From NCBI GenBank assembly GCA_964016885.1, contig OZ024743.1:317564001-317628000 (forward strand): DNA of 64,000 bases, given 5' to 3'. The notes under the pieces are model-generated. The model was not told the DNA's origin and ran no database searches. It saw nothing but the letters and a program-made list of their open reading frames with translations. The translations under genes were made by a program, and so were the position numbers. Below, piece by piece: positions 39,066 to 59,574 of the stretch. The first letter of the stretch is position 1. The number at the start of each line of letters is the position of its first letter. Source of the DNA: Eledone cirrhosa (lineage: Eukaryota).

Positions 39066-39899
39066 ATGTTTGATATCAGAGAGCTGAAAGATGATGATGA
39101 AAAGTAAAGTAAAAAAATAAACAACATGGAAAATCTGTAATGACATACCTTTAGCAATATGACAGGTAATATTGTGTGAAGGTTTGCCATAAAGATGTCT
39201 CTTATATTCCAGGTAAACTGAGTGTCACCAGTGGTTCATCTCTGACTCCACTTGGTTCATATGTTTGTTTTATCAACATTAAGAAGACATGTTGTATTGT
39301 GTATATTCCTTCAGTCATACTGACTTCTTGAGAATCAGTTTGAAAGCATTGTTTTGCCCTGCCATCTATCTTTTATTCAGATGATATTGATCATGATGAT
39401 GGTTTCTGCAAACAACTTCTCCCCCTTCCTTATTTCATTTATTATATTTTTTCATTGTCTAGCTCAGTGGTTCTCAGATAACCCAGATTACATTCCTCCC
39501 CTTACAATCCCTAGTTTCTTCTAATCCTCCCCATTTTAATTGTCATCCAGTAATTTTTCACTTGAGAGCACCATATTAACATGAGCAAGTTTTTCAGACC
39601 TCAATAATTGTCTAGTTCCAGACAAGATTATGTCTAAGGCAGCAGTTTTATATGAACTGTTAATTCATGATCACCCTTATAGTTTGGTATATTGGTATTT
39701 CATTTGATATATGCACATATTATACACTATTCTTTCCCAGTTTGGATTCCTTCCTTTGAGAATCACTGGTATATATGCTGCAGTTGAATGAGATTGCAAC
39801 TATAAGTATAACTTATTAACTTATTTATATTAACAGCTGATATCACTTCAGCTCAAGGTGATATTTCATATGGGGTGTGTTGGGGGAGGTTTCACCTAC

Positions 39900-40159
39900 T
39901 TAACCCTTTTGTTACCATATTTATAATTAAATACACTGCCCATATGCTTCAATTAATTTTGAAAATAATCAAAAAATTTGAAACAATGTAGTAAAATATA
40001 TATCTTTCATTTATAAACTATTTGGTACAATTAACAAAACTTTCTTAAATAAAATTATGATGGAATGTTTTAATATATGTATAAAAGCTTTAAAAATGGG
40101 CAGTTTTGTATCATAGAACCTGAGATGGTTTCAGATGTGTTGGTGTCAAAAGGGTTCAA
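39900..40159. mobile_element. TTAA-flanked piggyBac-like MITE
   Basis: TTAACCCTTTTGTTACCA ... TGGTGTCAAAAGGGTT TIRs. Confidence 0.7.
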
Positions 40160-40458
40160 TGAAAATCTTCAGTTAATTATTTCATTTGCTTCATAGCTTG
40201 CCATTTTATTTTTTAGAATAAGGAATTAATTTAAAGAAAGAGCTTCCATAAGATAATTAAATTTGTTCTATTTTAAAGATGAATATGTTTGGTCCATATA
40301 TTTTTTATTGATACATTTTAAACATTAGACATTTTGCTAAATGTAAAATGGAAGTTGAATATGAAGTTTTAGATTCTAACTTAATACTTTATTGAAGTTT
40401 TTTTTTTCCTTTTTAATGAAAATTAAAATAACTGGTTGAGTCAAATAAAAATTAGTTA

Positions 40459-40837
40459 TTAACCCCTTTCATTACCATATTTGTAATGATAGACACTGCC
40501 TCTAATTTTTAAATAATTTTGGAAAGAATCAATATGTTTGGAACATAACAAAGGATCTTACATAAAATTATGATGGAAGGTTTCGAGATAAATATAAACA
40601 CTTTAACCCTTTCCTTTCCATATTTCTAATGAAAGACACAGTCTTGAATTTTCAAATAATTTTGAAAGAAAAAAACAAATCAAGAATTTGAAGGAATTTT
40701 GTAAAATAACTATCTTTTACACGTTTGGAGCATCACCTGATAAATGTTTTTACATAAAATTATGGTGAAAGGTTTTTAGATAAATATAAACACTTTAAAA
40801 TCATAGAACCAGGGTAGTTTGGTATCAAAGGGGTTAA
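40459..40837. mobile_element. TTAA-flanked piggyBac-like MITE with duplicated left half
   Basis: TTAACCCCTTT ... AAAGGGGTTAA; second left end TTAACCCTTT at ~40603. Confidence 0.7.
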
Positions 40838-41126
40838 GATGTAGTAGAACCCATACTCTCTAAAGAGACATGGCAAAACTATAATGCTTTTTCTTGGAAG
40901 GAATGTTTTTTTTTGTTTGTTTTTTTTTAAGAATGCACATGGAGTTGCGACAATACTCTAATTTTCTCAAATATTTGAGAATAAGGGAGGAGAATGGCTG
41001 TGAAATACTTTAAAAAAAAAAATTGAAAAAGATGGTGGAAAATGAATATTTTATTTTTGTTTTCGTACTATGTTCACTTTTGTTTTGCTGTAATATAATA
41101 CTTTTTCCACAAACACACACATACAT

Positions 41127-41189
<63 letters not shown>

Positions 41190-41357
41190 GATGGAATCTG
41201 TCTCTTAAAAGAAAAATAGTTAAAACTTAGATAACTAAGGCTTACATAATAGTAAGTTTTGAAAATTTATTTTTACTTAACTTATCTTTAACTAAGACAT
41301 AGTACTAAGCTGTTTTATGTTGTAGAAACCTAAATATGCATGTTTGTGTGTGTTTGC

Positions 41358-41400
<43 letters not shown>

Positions 41401-41692
41401 CTATACATACACACATATCTATAAATAAGATAAAAAAAACTTGTTGAAATAATTAGTCTGAATTACAATTCATCTATAATATATGCTAATGAAATTAGTT
41501 AAGTGAGTTGAGTGTTTAATTTGTGTTAATGAAATCATGTTAATCAGTCGATAATTTCATTATAGTGATAACTAAAAACATTAATTGTATTACTTAGAAA
41601 TCAATTACTTTTATCTTCAGTGGTTAACTCCCAAAATATATCTACTTAAGAATCTGTTTATCAAGAATATTGGGAAGAAGTTTTATTGTTAG

Positions 41693-41828
41693 TAATATAA
41701 TTTTGTAGGCTGGTGTAATGCAATTTTGTAGGCTGTTGTAATATAATTTTGTAGGCTGGTGTAATACAATTTGGTAGGCTGGTGTAATACAATTTTGTAG
41801 GCTGGTGTAATACAATTTTGTAGATTGG
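41693..41828. repeat. 23-bp tandem repeat, about 6 copies
   Basis: TAATACAATTTTGTAGGCTGGTG units. Confidence 0.9.
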
Positions 41829-43315
41829 CCTTAAACATGATTAGCCCTGGCTGAGTTGTATATGAAAATGTCTTTACAATCATCTCCCAAATTTTTCTCC
41901 AAAGCTTTATGGGTTTAGGGTTCATGAAGAAAGATGGGAAATAAAAAGAGGCTATAGCTGAAATGTTAGATATGATTAAAACTAAAAAACAAATAATAAT
42001 AATAATAATTTAAAAAAAATAAAAAGAACAAAACAAAAGAATAATGAAAATCATCATCATCGCTGTTTAATGTCCATTTTTTTCACACTAGCATGTGTTA
42101 GAGGAGTTGTCCCCTTGTGAGATAAGCCAGATCAGATGACTGTGTCTTGCTCATACAGAACTGTTTCTGGCTTGGTTTCTACGACTGGATGCCCATCCTA
42201 ACACCAATAAATAAATATATAAAAAAAGAAACATTTAAAATGTTGACTTTAGTTTTTAGTTGGAACGTATAATTCTTTGTTCATCTTGCCTAAGTTGAAC
42301 CAATGTAATTTATTCTTGCTTCCCTTTATTTCTCTGATGAGAATAATGTTTTGGTGACTTTTTTTAAAATACAATTTTGACAAAAAGACGAAAAAACCAA
42401 ATTAAACAAAATAATAATAAAATATTCTTGTGATTGATAATTTATAGTCTTGAAAGCAGGAAAAAAAAATGTCACAATCATATTCCTGAAACATTAGGTC
42501 CATTAGTTTATATCATTAACCCCACCCCCATACCTCATTTAATTGTTCATCTGTTGGCCATGCTCTGCTCCAGCATGGCCACAGCCTAATGACTGAAACC
42601 AGTAAAAGAATAAAAGAATAGGTCCATTAGGTTTAATCAGAAATTCCCCCACACATCATTGTACTCTTCATCTGTTGTACAAAGCTTAAAAATCATTGGA
42701 ATTATTCATTAGTGTATGTGTGTGTGTGTGTGTAATCTATTAATACTTATTAATGACACTTAATATTTAAAACCTGAAAATAGAATTCAGTAGAATATTT
42801 GTTTGGTTGGCTTTGGTTCACATTTCTAGTCTGTAATGTCTATAATGACTTACCATATATATATTCTTTTGTGTGTATATGACACACTTTTTTAATCCAA
42901 AATGTGATGTCAAAATCTGTTTGTATGATGGTATATAATTATATTTATACACAGGCAGATTTTGGGTAAAAGGTACGTCTTATACATTGAAAAATACAGT
43001 ATTTTGAAAAGGACCCCCCCCACCCCCAGACCATTAAAACACTGTTGAATATGCTGCTGCTTAAATTCTCTTATTACAATCTCAACATCTACTTGCTATT
43101 GTTTATCCCGTCCATTACTGCTATTATATCCAACAATACTTTAGTAGAGGTTTTGTTCTGTTTTCAAGATGTCTTAATTTTCACATGACTCACAATAGCC
43201 ATCAATTATAAATGATGAATTATAAGAGAATTTTGTACCACATGGTATTGGAGATGATAGAATATATACACATAGCAATAGAGGGACTTATAAACACAAG
43301 CAGCTCTATTAATTT

Positions 43316-43532
43316 TTAACATCCTGTAATGATTTAGCAGAAAATATCTAAATGTGGGTTTGTTATTTCAAATATTTATAGTATTTTTTCTAGCAGATAG
43401 ATCATTGTGAAAATTTTCAGTATTAGAGTAAAGACTTGAATTTTTTATGTGATGCAGTCATAATGCTGTTTTGTATTTTTTAAAAATGTCTTGCTAATGC
43501 AGTTTCATGTAATACAGGATGTTAAGAGTTAA
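43316..43532. mobile_element. TTAA-type MITE
   Basis: TTAACATCCTGTA ... TACAGGATGTTAAGAGTTAA; homologous to the element starting at 28646. Confidence 0.65.
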
Positions 43533-44184
43533 TGTGTAGAGTTGATGGTACACCATTCAACAACAAATCTGAGAACTGTTAAAAACAGCAGCTTGGTGAA
43601 ATAAACTTTATTTTATGACATGGTTTTTCGCAAAGGCTAGTAGCTTATCTTCATCCATTTTCATATTTTAACAAAATACTCCTAAAATTTTGACTTCTTA
43701 ACTTAATATATATTATTTTGGGTCCTTCTTCATCCCATAAATAATGTTGTTTTTTTTTTAATTTTTGTTTTGAAAACAAAATCATCTTGTTTATTGCGTA
43801 CATGCATATCACTTCATGAGTGTTTTTGAGCTGTTTTCTTCCAAACTTAGCACTAGAGGCATCAGCATATCCTAATGACAAGGTGTCTGTCTCCGGAGCA
43901 GATTAAATTATGAGCATTCGACAGCTTGATTTTCCCTTGTATGTGATTTTTTTTTTCTTTCTGGGTTGATGTGTCTATCATAAAGATAATTTCTGCAGAG
44001 TTTATAATGTAGATCTCTTGCTCAAGGCTGAAAGACTTACTGTAAGGTCTCATACTGCAAGTTTATCCTTCCTCATGAATTAAATTTGTATAAAATAAAA
44101 TAAAAAATAAAAATTTAACTGATTATATATCATATTTTTTCGATGCTGTGTGACCAGTGTTCTAGTGAGTGAATTGGCAACACG

Positions 44185-46846
<2,662 letters not shown>

Positions 46847-47190
46847 TATCATCATCATCATTTCATTTTACATCCGCTTTTTCCCTGCTTGAAAGGGTGG
46901 GACGGGAATTGATTCTGGCTTGATTTCTACAGCTGGATGCCCTTCCTAACACCAACCTCATTTACAGTGAGTGCTGGGTTCTTTTTTGCCGTGGCGCCTC
47001 CACGACCACTTTGCAGTGGTATGATATGGACCCCAGTCCCTATCATCTCATTTCTCCAGCTGAGTAAACTGGAGCAATGTGAAATAAAGTGTCTTGCTCA
47101 AGGAAACAACACATCACCCGGTCTGAGAATTTAACTCACAACCTCTCGATTGCAAGGCCAATGCTCTAACCACTAAGCCATGTGCCTCCA
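46847..47190 (-). mobile_element. tRNA-derived SINE with CORE-like segment and RTE-type tail
   Basis: A box TGGCTTAGTGG, B-box-like GAGTTAAATTC, CCTTGAGCAAGACACTT segment, then TTGGTGTTAGGAAGGGCATCCAGCTGTAGAAA and a (GAT)n tail. Confidence 0.8.
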
Positions 47191-47223
<33 letters not shown>

Positions 47224-47256
47224 ATATATTTGTTTATATATATATTTATTTGTAAG

Positions 47257-47290
<34 letters not shown>

Positions 47291-47338
47291 TTGTAAGTAT
47301 ATATATATATATATTTGTAAGTATATATATATAATTTG

Positions 47339-47382
<44 letters not shown>

Positions 47383-47386
47383 GTAA

Positions 47387-47426
<40 letters not shown>

Positions 47427-47481
47427 AAGTATATATATATATATATATATATATTTGTAAGTATATATATATATAATATAT

Positions 47482-49512
47482 ATCATCATCATCATCATCA
47501 TCAACGTTTAACGTCCGTGTTCCACGCTTGCATGGGTTTGGACGGGGGTAGTCCCACTTGAGGCAAGAGTGATTGTCTTGCTCGCATAGGACTGTCTGGC
47601 AGGTTTTCTACAGTTGGATGCCCTTCCTAACACCAACCACATTTACAGTGTGGGTCTGGGAGGTTTTTACCGTGTTGCCTACACGGCCACATTACAGCGT
47701 GGACTGTGTGTTTTTTTTGTCGTGACACCTACACGATCTCATTTGTTTCGGCCTGGATGGCGCGGCACCAACATAACTTTACATAGAATGGGGTGGTGTG
47801 GATGGGGTGGGGGTGGTGGGACGGGGTGTATTTTGTTAGAGATGCCTACTGGCTGCAGTAGGTTTTACTATATATTTAGGTAAGGCGGGTCTTCTCTGTT
47901 ACTGAGTACCGCCAAAGGTCTCGGTCCAGTGACATTGTCTTGGAGAGGTGTAAGTGTGTGATGTCGGAGTTTATCAGCTCGTCCCAGGTTTTTCTAGGTC
48001 TGCCTATTCCGTGACTACCGTCTATCTTTATTGCCCTGCACTTTGTTATACAGCTATCGACTTTCATGCGCATCACGTGTCCATACCAACGTAGCCTTCT
48101 CTCGAGTAAACAACATCTGATCCCTCTTATCTCTAATTTTTTCCTTAGCTCGTTTATGCTTTGCCGTTCACGTATATTACTGTTACACATCCAGCGGAAC
48201 ATGCAAGCTTCGTTCCTCTCTAGTCTGCGTATATCCTCTGCACACAATGCCCAGGTCTCACTGCCATGCAACATTGCTGTTCGTATGCAGGCATCGTACA
48301 ACCTGCCTTTCATTTTTAGGGAGAACCCTTTAGCAGCTAATAGTGGTATAAGCTCTCTGAACTTTTTCCAACCAGTTCTGACTCTAGCTACAGTACTTTC
48401 AGAGCACCCTCCCCCACTGCTGATTTTATCGCCCAGGTAACGGAAGCTGTCCACTATTTCTATAGAACCCTCTACGCAATTGAAAGAGCTAGTATTTTGT
48501 GGGCACTTGCTGCTACTTATTGCACCAGAACACCGGCCACATGTAAAATCTATGTTCTTAGTTAGCTTACCTGTGATCCCACTACATCTTTTATGCACCC
48601 ATACTTTGCATTTAGGGCATAAAATGGAGTTTCTACCTACGCCTTTCCTACACACCGAGCACGACCATTTCCCAGAAGGGACCGCCGCCTTGTTTTCTTT
48701 CCTACAAACTAGAACTTTGGTCTTAGCCAGGTTAATTTTAAGTCCTTTTGTCTCTAGGCCGTGCTTCCATGTTTGGAATTTCTTCTCTAGCTCGGCCATT
48801 GATTCCGCTATGAGTGTCAGGTCGTCTGCGTATAGGAGTTCCCATGGGCAGCCTGTCTTGAACTCCTCTGTTATAGCCTGAAGGGCAATAATAAATAGTA
48901 GGGGGCTGAGAACAGCCCTGATGGACGCCAACTTTTACGCTAAACTCTTCACTATATTCGTTGTTAATTCTAACCTTGCTGACTGTTTCTTTATACATGG
49001 CTTGTATAGCCCTCACAAGCCATTCATCAACTCCTAGTTTTCTAAGAGCCCACCAGATAATGGAGCGGGGGACTCTGTCGAAGGCTTTCTCCAAGTCGAC
49101 AAAAGCTAAGTAGAGGGGTTAACCTTTAGCTAGGAACTTCTCCTGTAGTTGTCGTACTATGAAAAGAGCGTCTGTGGTACTTTTGCCTGACACAAACCCG
49201 AACTGCATTTCATCTAGGTCAATTCTCTCTCTGATTAGTTGTGCTATTACTTTTTCCGTGACCTTCATGACCTGGTCGATTAATTTAATGCCTCTATAGT
49301 TACTCCTATCTAGGGCGTCTCCTTTACCCTTATAACAGTTAACGATGATGCTGCTATGCCAGTCCTTCGGAACAACCCCATTCTGTACGACTTGGTTAAC
49401 TATGTGAGTGACCATGGTGTGTCCCACCGTGCCAGATGCCTTCAGCATCTCAGCAACTATTTCCGAAGGCCCAGCCGCCTTACCCGTCTTCATATCCTTG
49501 ATTGCCTTACTT
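47482..49512 (-). mobile_element. 5'-truncated RTE-clade LINE with PHD finger; disrupted RT
   Basis: NYRGIKL, QFGF, FVDLEKAFDRVP, GVHQG/LSPLLF, LLYADDL, FRYLG, HGSETW, RLRWYGHV, GRPRKTW; in-frame stop at ~49119; frameshift at ~48915; 3' UTR ending in (GAT)n. Confidence 0.92.
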
Positions 49513-49655
49513 ATTATACATATATATATTTGTATGTATATATAATATATATAATATAATATATATTTATTTGTATGTATATATAATATAATATATATAT
49601 ATATTTATTTGTATGTATGTATATATATATATATATATTTTGTATGTATATATAT

Positions 49656-49686
<31 letters not shown>

Positions 49687-50457
49687 TTATTTGTATATAT
49701 ATATATATATATAATATATATATATATATTTATTTATTTGTATGTATGTATATATATATATATATATAATATATATATATATATATTTATTTGTATGTAT
49801 ATATATATATAATATATATATATATATATTTATTTGTATGTATATATATATATATATAATATATATATATATTTATTTGTATGTATATATATATATATAT
49901 ATAATATATATATATATATATTTATTTGTATGTATATATATATATATATAATATATATATATATATATTTATTTGTATGTATATATATATATATATAATA
50001 TATATATATATATTTATTTGTATGTATATATATATATATATAATCATTTCATTTTACGTCCACTTTTCCCTGCTTGCAAGGGTGGGACGGGAACTGATTC
50101 TGGCTGATATATATATATTTATTTGTATGTATATATATATATATGTATATATTTATTTGTATGTATATATATATAATATATATATATATATATTTATTTG
50201 TATGTATATATATATAATATATATATATATATTTATTTGTATGTATATATATATAATATATATATATATATTTATTTGTATGTATATATATATAATATAT
50301 ATATATATTTATTTGTATGTATATATATATATAATATATATATATATATTTATTTGTATGTATATATATAATGTATATATATATTTATTTGTATGTATAT
50401 ATATAATATATATGTATATTTATTTGTATGTATGTATATATATATGTATATATATAT
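49513..50457. repeat. TA-derived array (TTTATTTGTATG(TA)n) with a SINE tail fragment at 50043-50106
   Basis: Direct reading. Confidence 0.93.
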
Positions 50458-50742
50458 AAACGGAAAAAATGAAACAAAATTTCATTTCTCACTCTTAGTA
50501 CAGCTGTTACTTAAATATAAGTATGTATACGTACATACATATATGTATACGTACATACATATATGTATACAGACGTATAGTAGTATGTATATATATATAC
50601 ATACATGCACATATATATATGTACGTATGGATTCACCGAACATTTATTATAATGCTCGGTGTGTTTGTAAACAAACATCCCGAATTAAGCCGTACAGTGT
50701 CTAGCAACCACCGTTGCTCATTTGTTCAACCCTGACAAAGGA

Positions 50743-50785
50743 ACGCTGTACTAGTTTCAAGCTTATTAGCTATCGTCAGCAACGT
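50743..50785 (-). ncRNA. Minimal type I hammerhead ribozyme, family D
   Basis: Identical motif to 7503-7545. Confidence 0.8.
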
Positions 50786-50987
50786 GTACCTTCCTGCCAG
50801 ACGATTGAACGTCTGAAAGTATATACTTTCCTTATGCATATTAACGGCTGAGCAGCCTAATTTGCATATCGAGTGAGTTAATCGGCCGGGGTACCGGAAA
50901 CGATAATGCAAATTAGGCTGCTCAGCCGTTAATATGCATAAGGAAAGTATATACTTTCAGACGTTCAATCATCTGGCAGGAAGGTAC

Positions 50988-51030
50988 ACGTTGCTGACGA
51001 TAGCTAATAAGCTTGAAACTAGTACAGCGT
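50988..51030 (+). ncRNA. Minimal type I hammerhead ribozyme, family D
   Basis: Identical motif to 7503-7545. Confidence 0.8.
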
Positions 51031-51267
51031 TCCTTTGTCAGGGTTGAACAAATGAGCAACGATGGTTGCTAGATACCGTACGACTTAATTCGGGATGTTT
51101 GTTTACAAACACACCGAGCATTATAATAAATGTTCGGTGAATCCATACGTACATATGTATATGTGTGCATGTATTTATATATATATGCATACAACTGTAT
51201 GTCTGTATACATATATGTATGTACGTATACATACTTATATATATATATTTATTTGTATGTATATATA

Positions 51268-51573
51268 TCATCATCATCATCATTTTACGTCCGCTTTTCC
51301 CTGCTTGCAAGGGTGGACGGGAACTGATTCTGGCTTTCTACAGCTGGATGCCCTTCCTAACACCAACCTCATTTTTACAGTGAGTGCCGGGTCCTTTGCA
51401 GTGGAATGATATGGACTCCAGTCACTATCAGCTCATTTCTACAGCTGAGTAAACTGGAGCAATGTGAAATAAAGTGTCTTGCTCAACGAAACAACACATC
51501 ACCTGGTCTGAGAATTGAACTCACAACCTTTTGATTGCAAAGCCAATGCTCTAACCACTAAGCCATGTGCCTC
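51268..51573 (-). mobile_element. tRNA-derived SINE (same family as 46847-47190)
   Basis: A box TGGCTTAGTGG, B box GAGTTCAATTC, shared body and (GAT)n tail. Confidence 0.8.
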
Positions 51574-51648
51574 CATCATATATATATTTATTGGTATGTA
51601 TACGTATGTGTATATATATATATATATATATGTGCCTTGTGGGACACC

Positions 51649-51675
<27 letters not shown>

Positions 51676-51679
<4 letters not shown>

Positions 51680-52585
51680 GTCCCACAAGACACTGTGTTG
51701 GGCCCACTTCTTTTCATCATCTACATTAATGACATTACTGACATCATCAAACACAGTAACATCAGAATCTTCGCAGATGATTCCAAGCTCCAAAGGGTCT
51801 TCAATGAGATAGGTGACCGGACTTGCCTCCAGTCAGACCTACTGGCTGTTATCCAATGGGCAGAGATGAATAATATGCTGTTGAATGAGGATAAATTTGA
51901 ACTAATCCACTTTGGAAAAAAGGATGTTCTGAAACTACCATACTCTCTTCCTTCGGGTGAAACTCTAGTGGCTTCCAATAACATCAGAGACCTGGGAGTA
52001 ATTGTGGACAACAATATAAGCTGGGCCACAACAAAGTTGATATGGCCCGCAGAATGTGTTCCTGGATTCTCAGAATTTTCCAGTTGAGAGATATCCACAC
52101 TGTTTTCCTTCTCTTCTCCACTTTTGCCTGACCCCACCTTGAATACTGTTGTCCACTGTGGTCAACCCACACGAAACAAAGTATCATGAAAGTTGAAGCA
52201 CCCCAAAGGTCAATTACAAAAAAGATAGATGGCATGACAGGCCTTGACTATTGGGGTCGATTAGAAAAGCTCAAACTTTATTCTCCTCAACATCGCTGTG
52301 AGCGCTACATTATCTGTATGATGTGGAAAATATTCCATCAGCTTAGCCCAAATGATATTGGCATCATCTTTAGTGTACACCCAAGCCTTGGGCCCCGTGC
52401 TATCCGCCCACGACAAAAATCCCACTTGCATCACATAACAACAATACGGCACAATTATTTCACCTCAATTGGCCCTGCACTCTTTAACATTACACCAAAA
52501 CACATCAAAGCAGAGACAGACCCTATCAAGTTCAAGAAGTCTTTGGATAAATTCCTTCAAGAAATCTTGGATAAGCCTCCTACAC
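51676..52585 (+). mobile_element. Diverged CR1/L2-group LINE fragment (copy 3)
   Basis: GVPQDTVLGPLLF...FADDS...; colinear with ~833-1750 but more diverged; frameshifting deletion at ~52030. Confidence 0.88.
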
Positions 52586-52833
52586 GTGGAGGTGCCACGG
52601 CAAAAAAGCACCCAACCCACGCTGTAAAGTGGACGTGTAGGCGCCACGGAAAAAAGCACCCAGCACTCACTGTAAATGAGGTTGGTGTTAGGAAGGGCAT
52701 CCAGCTGTAGAAACCAAGCCAGAATCAGTTCCTGTATGAGCAAGGCGTGGTCAGCCGACCAGACACTGCCAACAACAGGACAACCCGTCTAACCCATGCT
52801 AGCATGTAAGAACGGACGTAAAATGGTGATGAT
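52586..52833 (+). mobile_element. RTE/SINE-type 3' tail
   Basis: AAAAAGCACCC subrepeats, GGAAGGGCATCCAGCTGTAGAAA, ...ACGGACGTAAAATGGTGATGAT. Confidence 0.75.
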
Positions 52834-57761
<4,928 letters not shown>

Positions 57762-58442
57762 CATCATCATCATCATCAACGTTTAACGTCCGTGTTCCAC
57801 GCTTGCATGGGTTTGGACGGGGGTAGTTCCACTTGAGGCAAGAGTGATTGTCTTGCTCGCATAGGACTGTCTGGCAGGTTTTCTACAGTTGGATGCCCTT
57901 CCTAACACCAACCACATTTACAGTGTGGGTCTGGGAGGTTTTTACCGTGTTGCCTACACGGCCACATTACAGCGTGGACTGTGTGTTTTTTTGTCGTGAC
58001 ACCTACATGATCTCATTTGTTTCGGCCTCGATGGCGCGGCACCAACATAACTTTACATAGAACGGGGTGGTGTGGATGGGGTGGGGGTGGGGGTGGTGGG
58101 ACGGGGTGTATTTTGTTAGAGATGCCTACTGGCTGGAGTAGGTTTTACTATATATTTAGGTAAGGCGGGTCTTCTCTGTTACTGAGTACCGCCAAAGGTC
58201 TCGGTCCAGTGACATTGTCTTGGAGAGGTGTAAGTGTGTGATGTCGGAGTTTATCAGCTCGTCCCAGGTTTTTCTAGGTCTGCCTATTCCGTGACTACCG
58301 TCTATCTTTATTGCCCTGCACTTTGTTATACAGCTATCGACTTTCATGCGCACCACGTGTCCTTACCAACGTAGCCTTCTCTCGAGTAAACAACATCTGA
58401 TCCCTCTTATCTCTAATTTTTTCCTTAGTTCGTTTATGCTTT
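57762..58442 (-). mobile_element. Short 5'-truncated copy of the RTE LINE at 47482
   Basis: Near-identical to 47482-48161. Confidence 0.9.
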
Positions 58443-58454
58443 CGTTTATGTTTA

Positions 58455-58934
58455 TGCATATATATATATATATATATATGCATATGTATATATGCATATA
58501 TATATATATATATATATATGCATATATACATATATGCATATATATATATATATATATATGCATATATACATATATGCATATATACATATATGCATATATA
58601 TATATATATGCATATATACATATATGCATATATATATATATGCATATATATATATATATGCATATATGTATATATGCATATATATATATATATGCATATA
58701 TGTATATATGCATATATATATATTTGTATATGTATATATTTGTATATAAATATATATATGTATAAATATATATATGTATAAATATATATATGTATATAAA
58801 TATATATATGTATATAAATATATATATGTATAAATATATATATATGTATAAATATATATATGTATATATATGTATAAATATATATATGTATATAAATATA
58901 TATATGTATAAATATATATATGTATATATATATG

Positions 58935-58985
<51 letters not shown>

Positions 58986-59022
58986 GTATAAATATATATA
59001 TGTATATATATGTATAAATATA

Positions 59023-59056
<34 letters not shown>

Positions 59057-59574
59057 TATAAATATATATATGTATATATATATATATATATGTGTATAAA
59101 TATATATATGTATAAATATATATATGTATAAATATATATATGTATAAATATATATATGTATAAATATATATATGTATAAATATATATATGTATAAATATA
59201 TATATGTATAAATATATATATGTGTATAAATATATATATGTGTATAAATATATATATGTGTATAAATATATATATGTGTATAAATATATATATGTATAAA
59301 TATATATATGTATATAAATATATATATGTATAAATATATATATGTATAAATATATATGTATATAAATATATATGTATATAAATATATATGTATATAAATA
59401 TATATGTATATAAATATATATATGTATAAATATATATATGTATAAATATATATATGTATAAATATATATATGTATAAATATATATATGTATAAATATATA
59501 TGTATAAATATATATGTATATAAATATATATGTATAAATATATATGTGTATATATATGTATATATATGTATAAA
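58455..59574. repeat. TA-derived array
   Basis: TGCA(TA)n followed by TGTATAAA(TA)n units. Confidence 0.96.

Larger units (their letters stand above)
50458..51240 (-). mobile_element. Hammerhead-bearing element family D (copy 2) with long inverted duplicate
   Basis: Inverted arms ~50515-50867 and 50906-51240; unpaired tail 50458-50514; homologous to 7390-7808. Confidence 0.82.

Noticed and set aside
43651-44053. Short minus-strand ORFs in unique sequence
   Set aside because: No recognisable motif or consistent splice structure.
47090-47190. tRNA-like sequence with A and B boxes
   Set aside because: It is the head of a repeated SINE and lacks a proper cloverleaf end.
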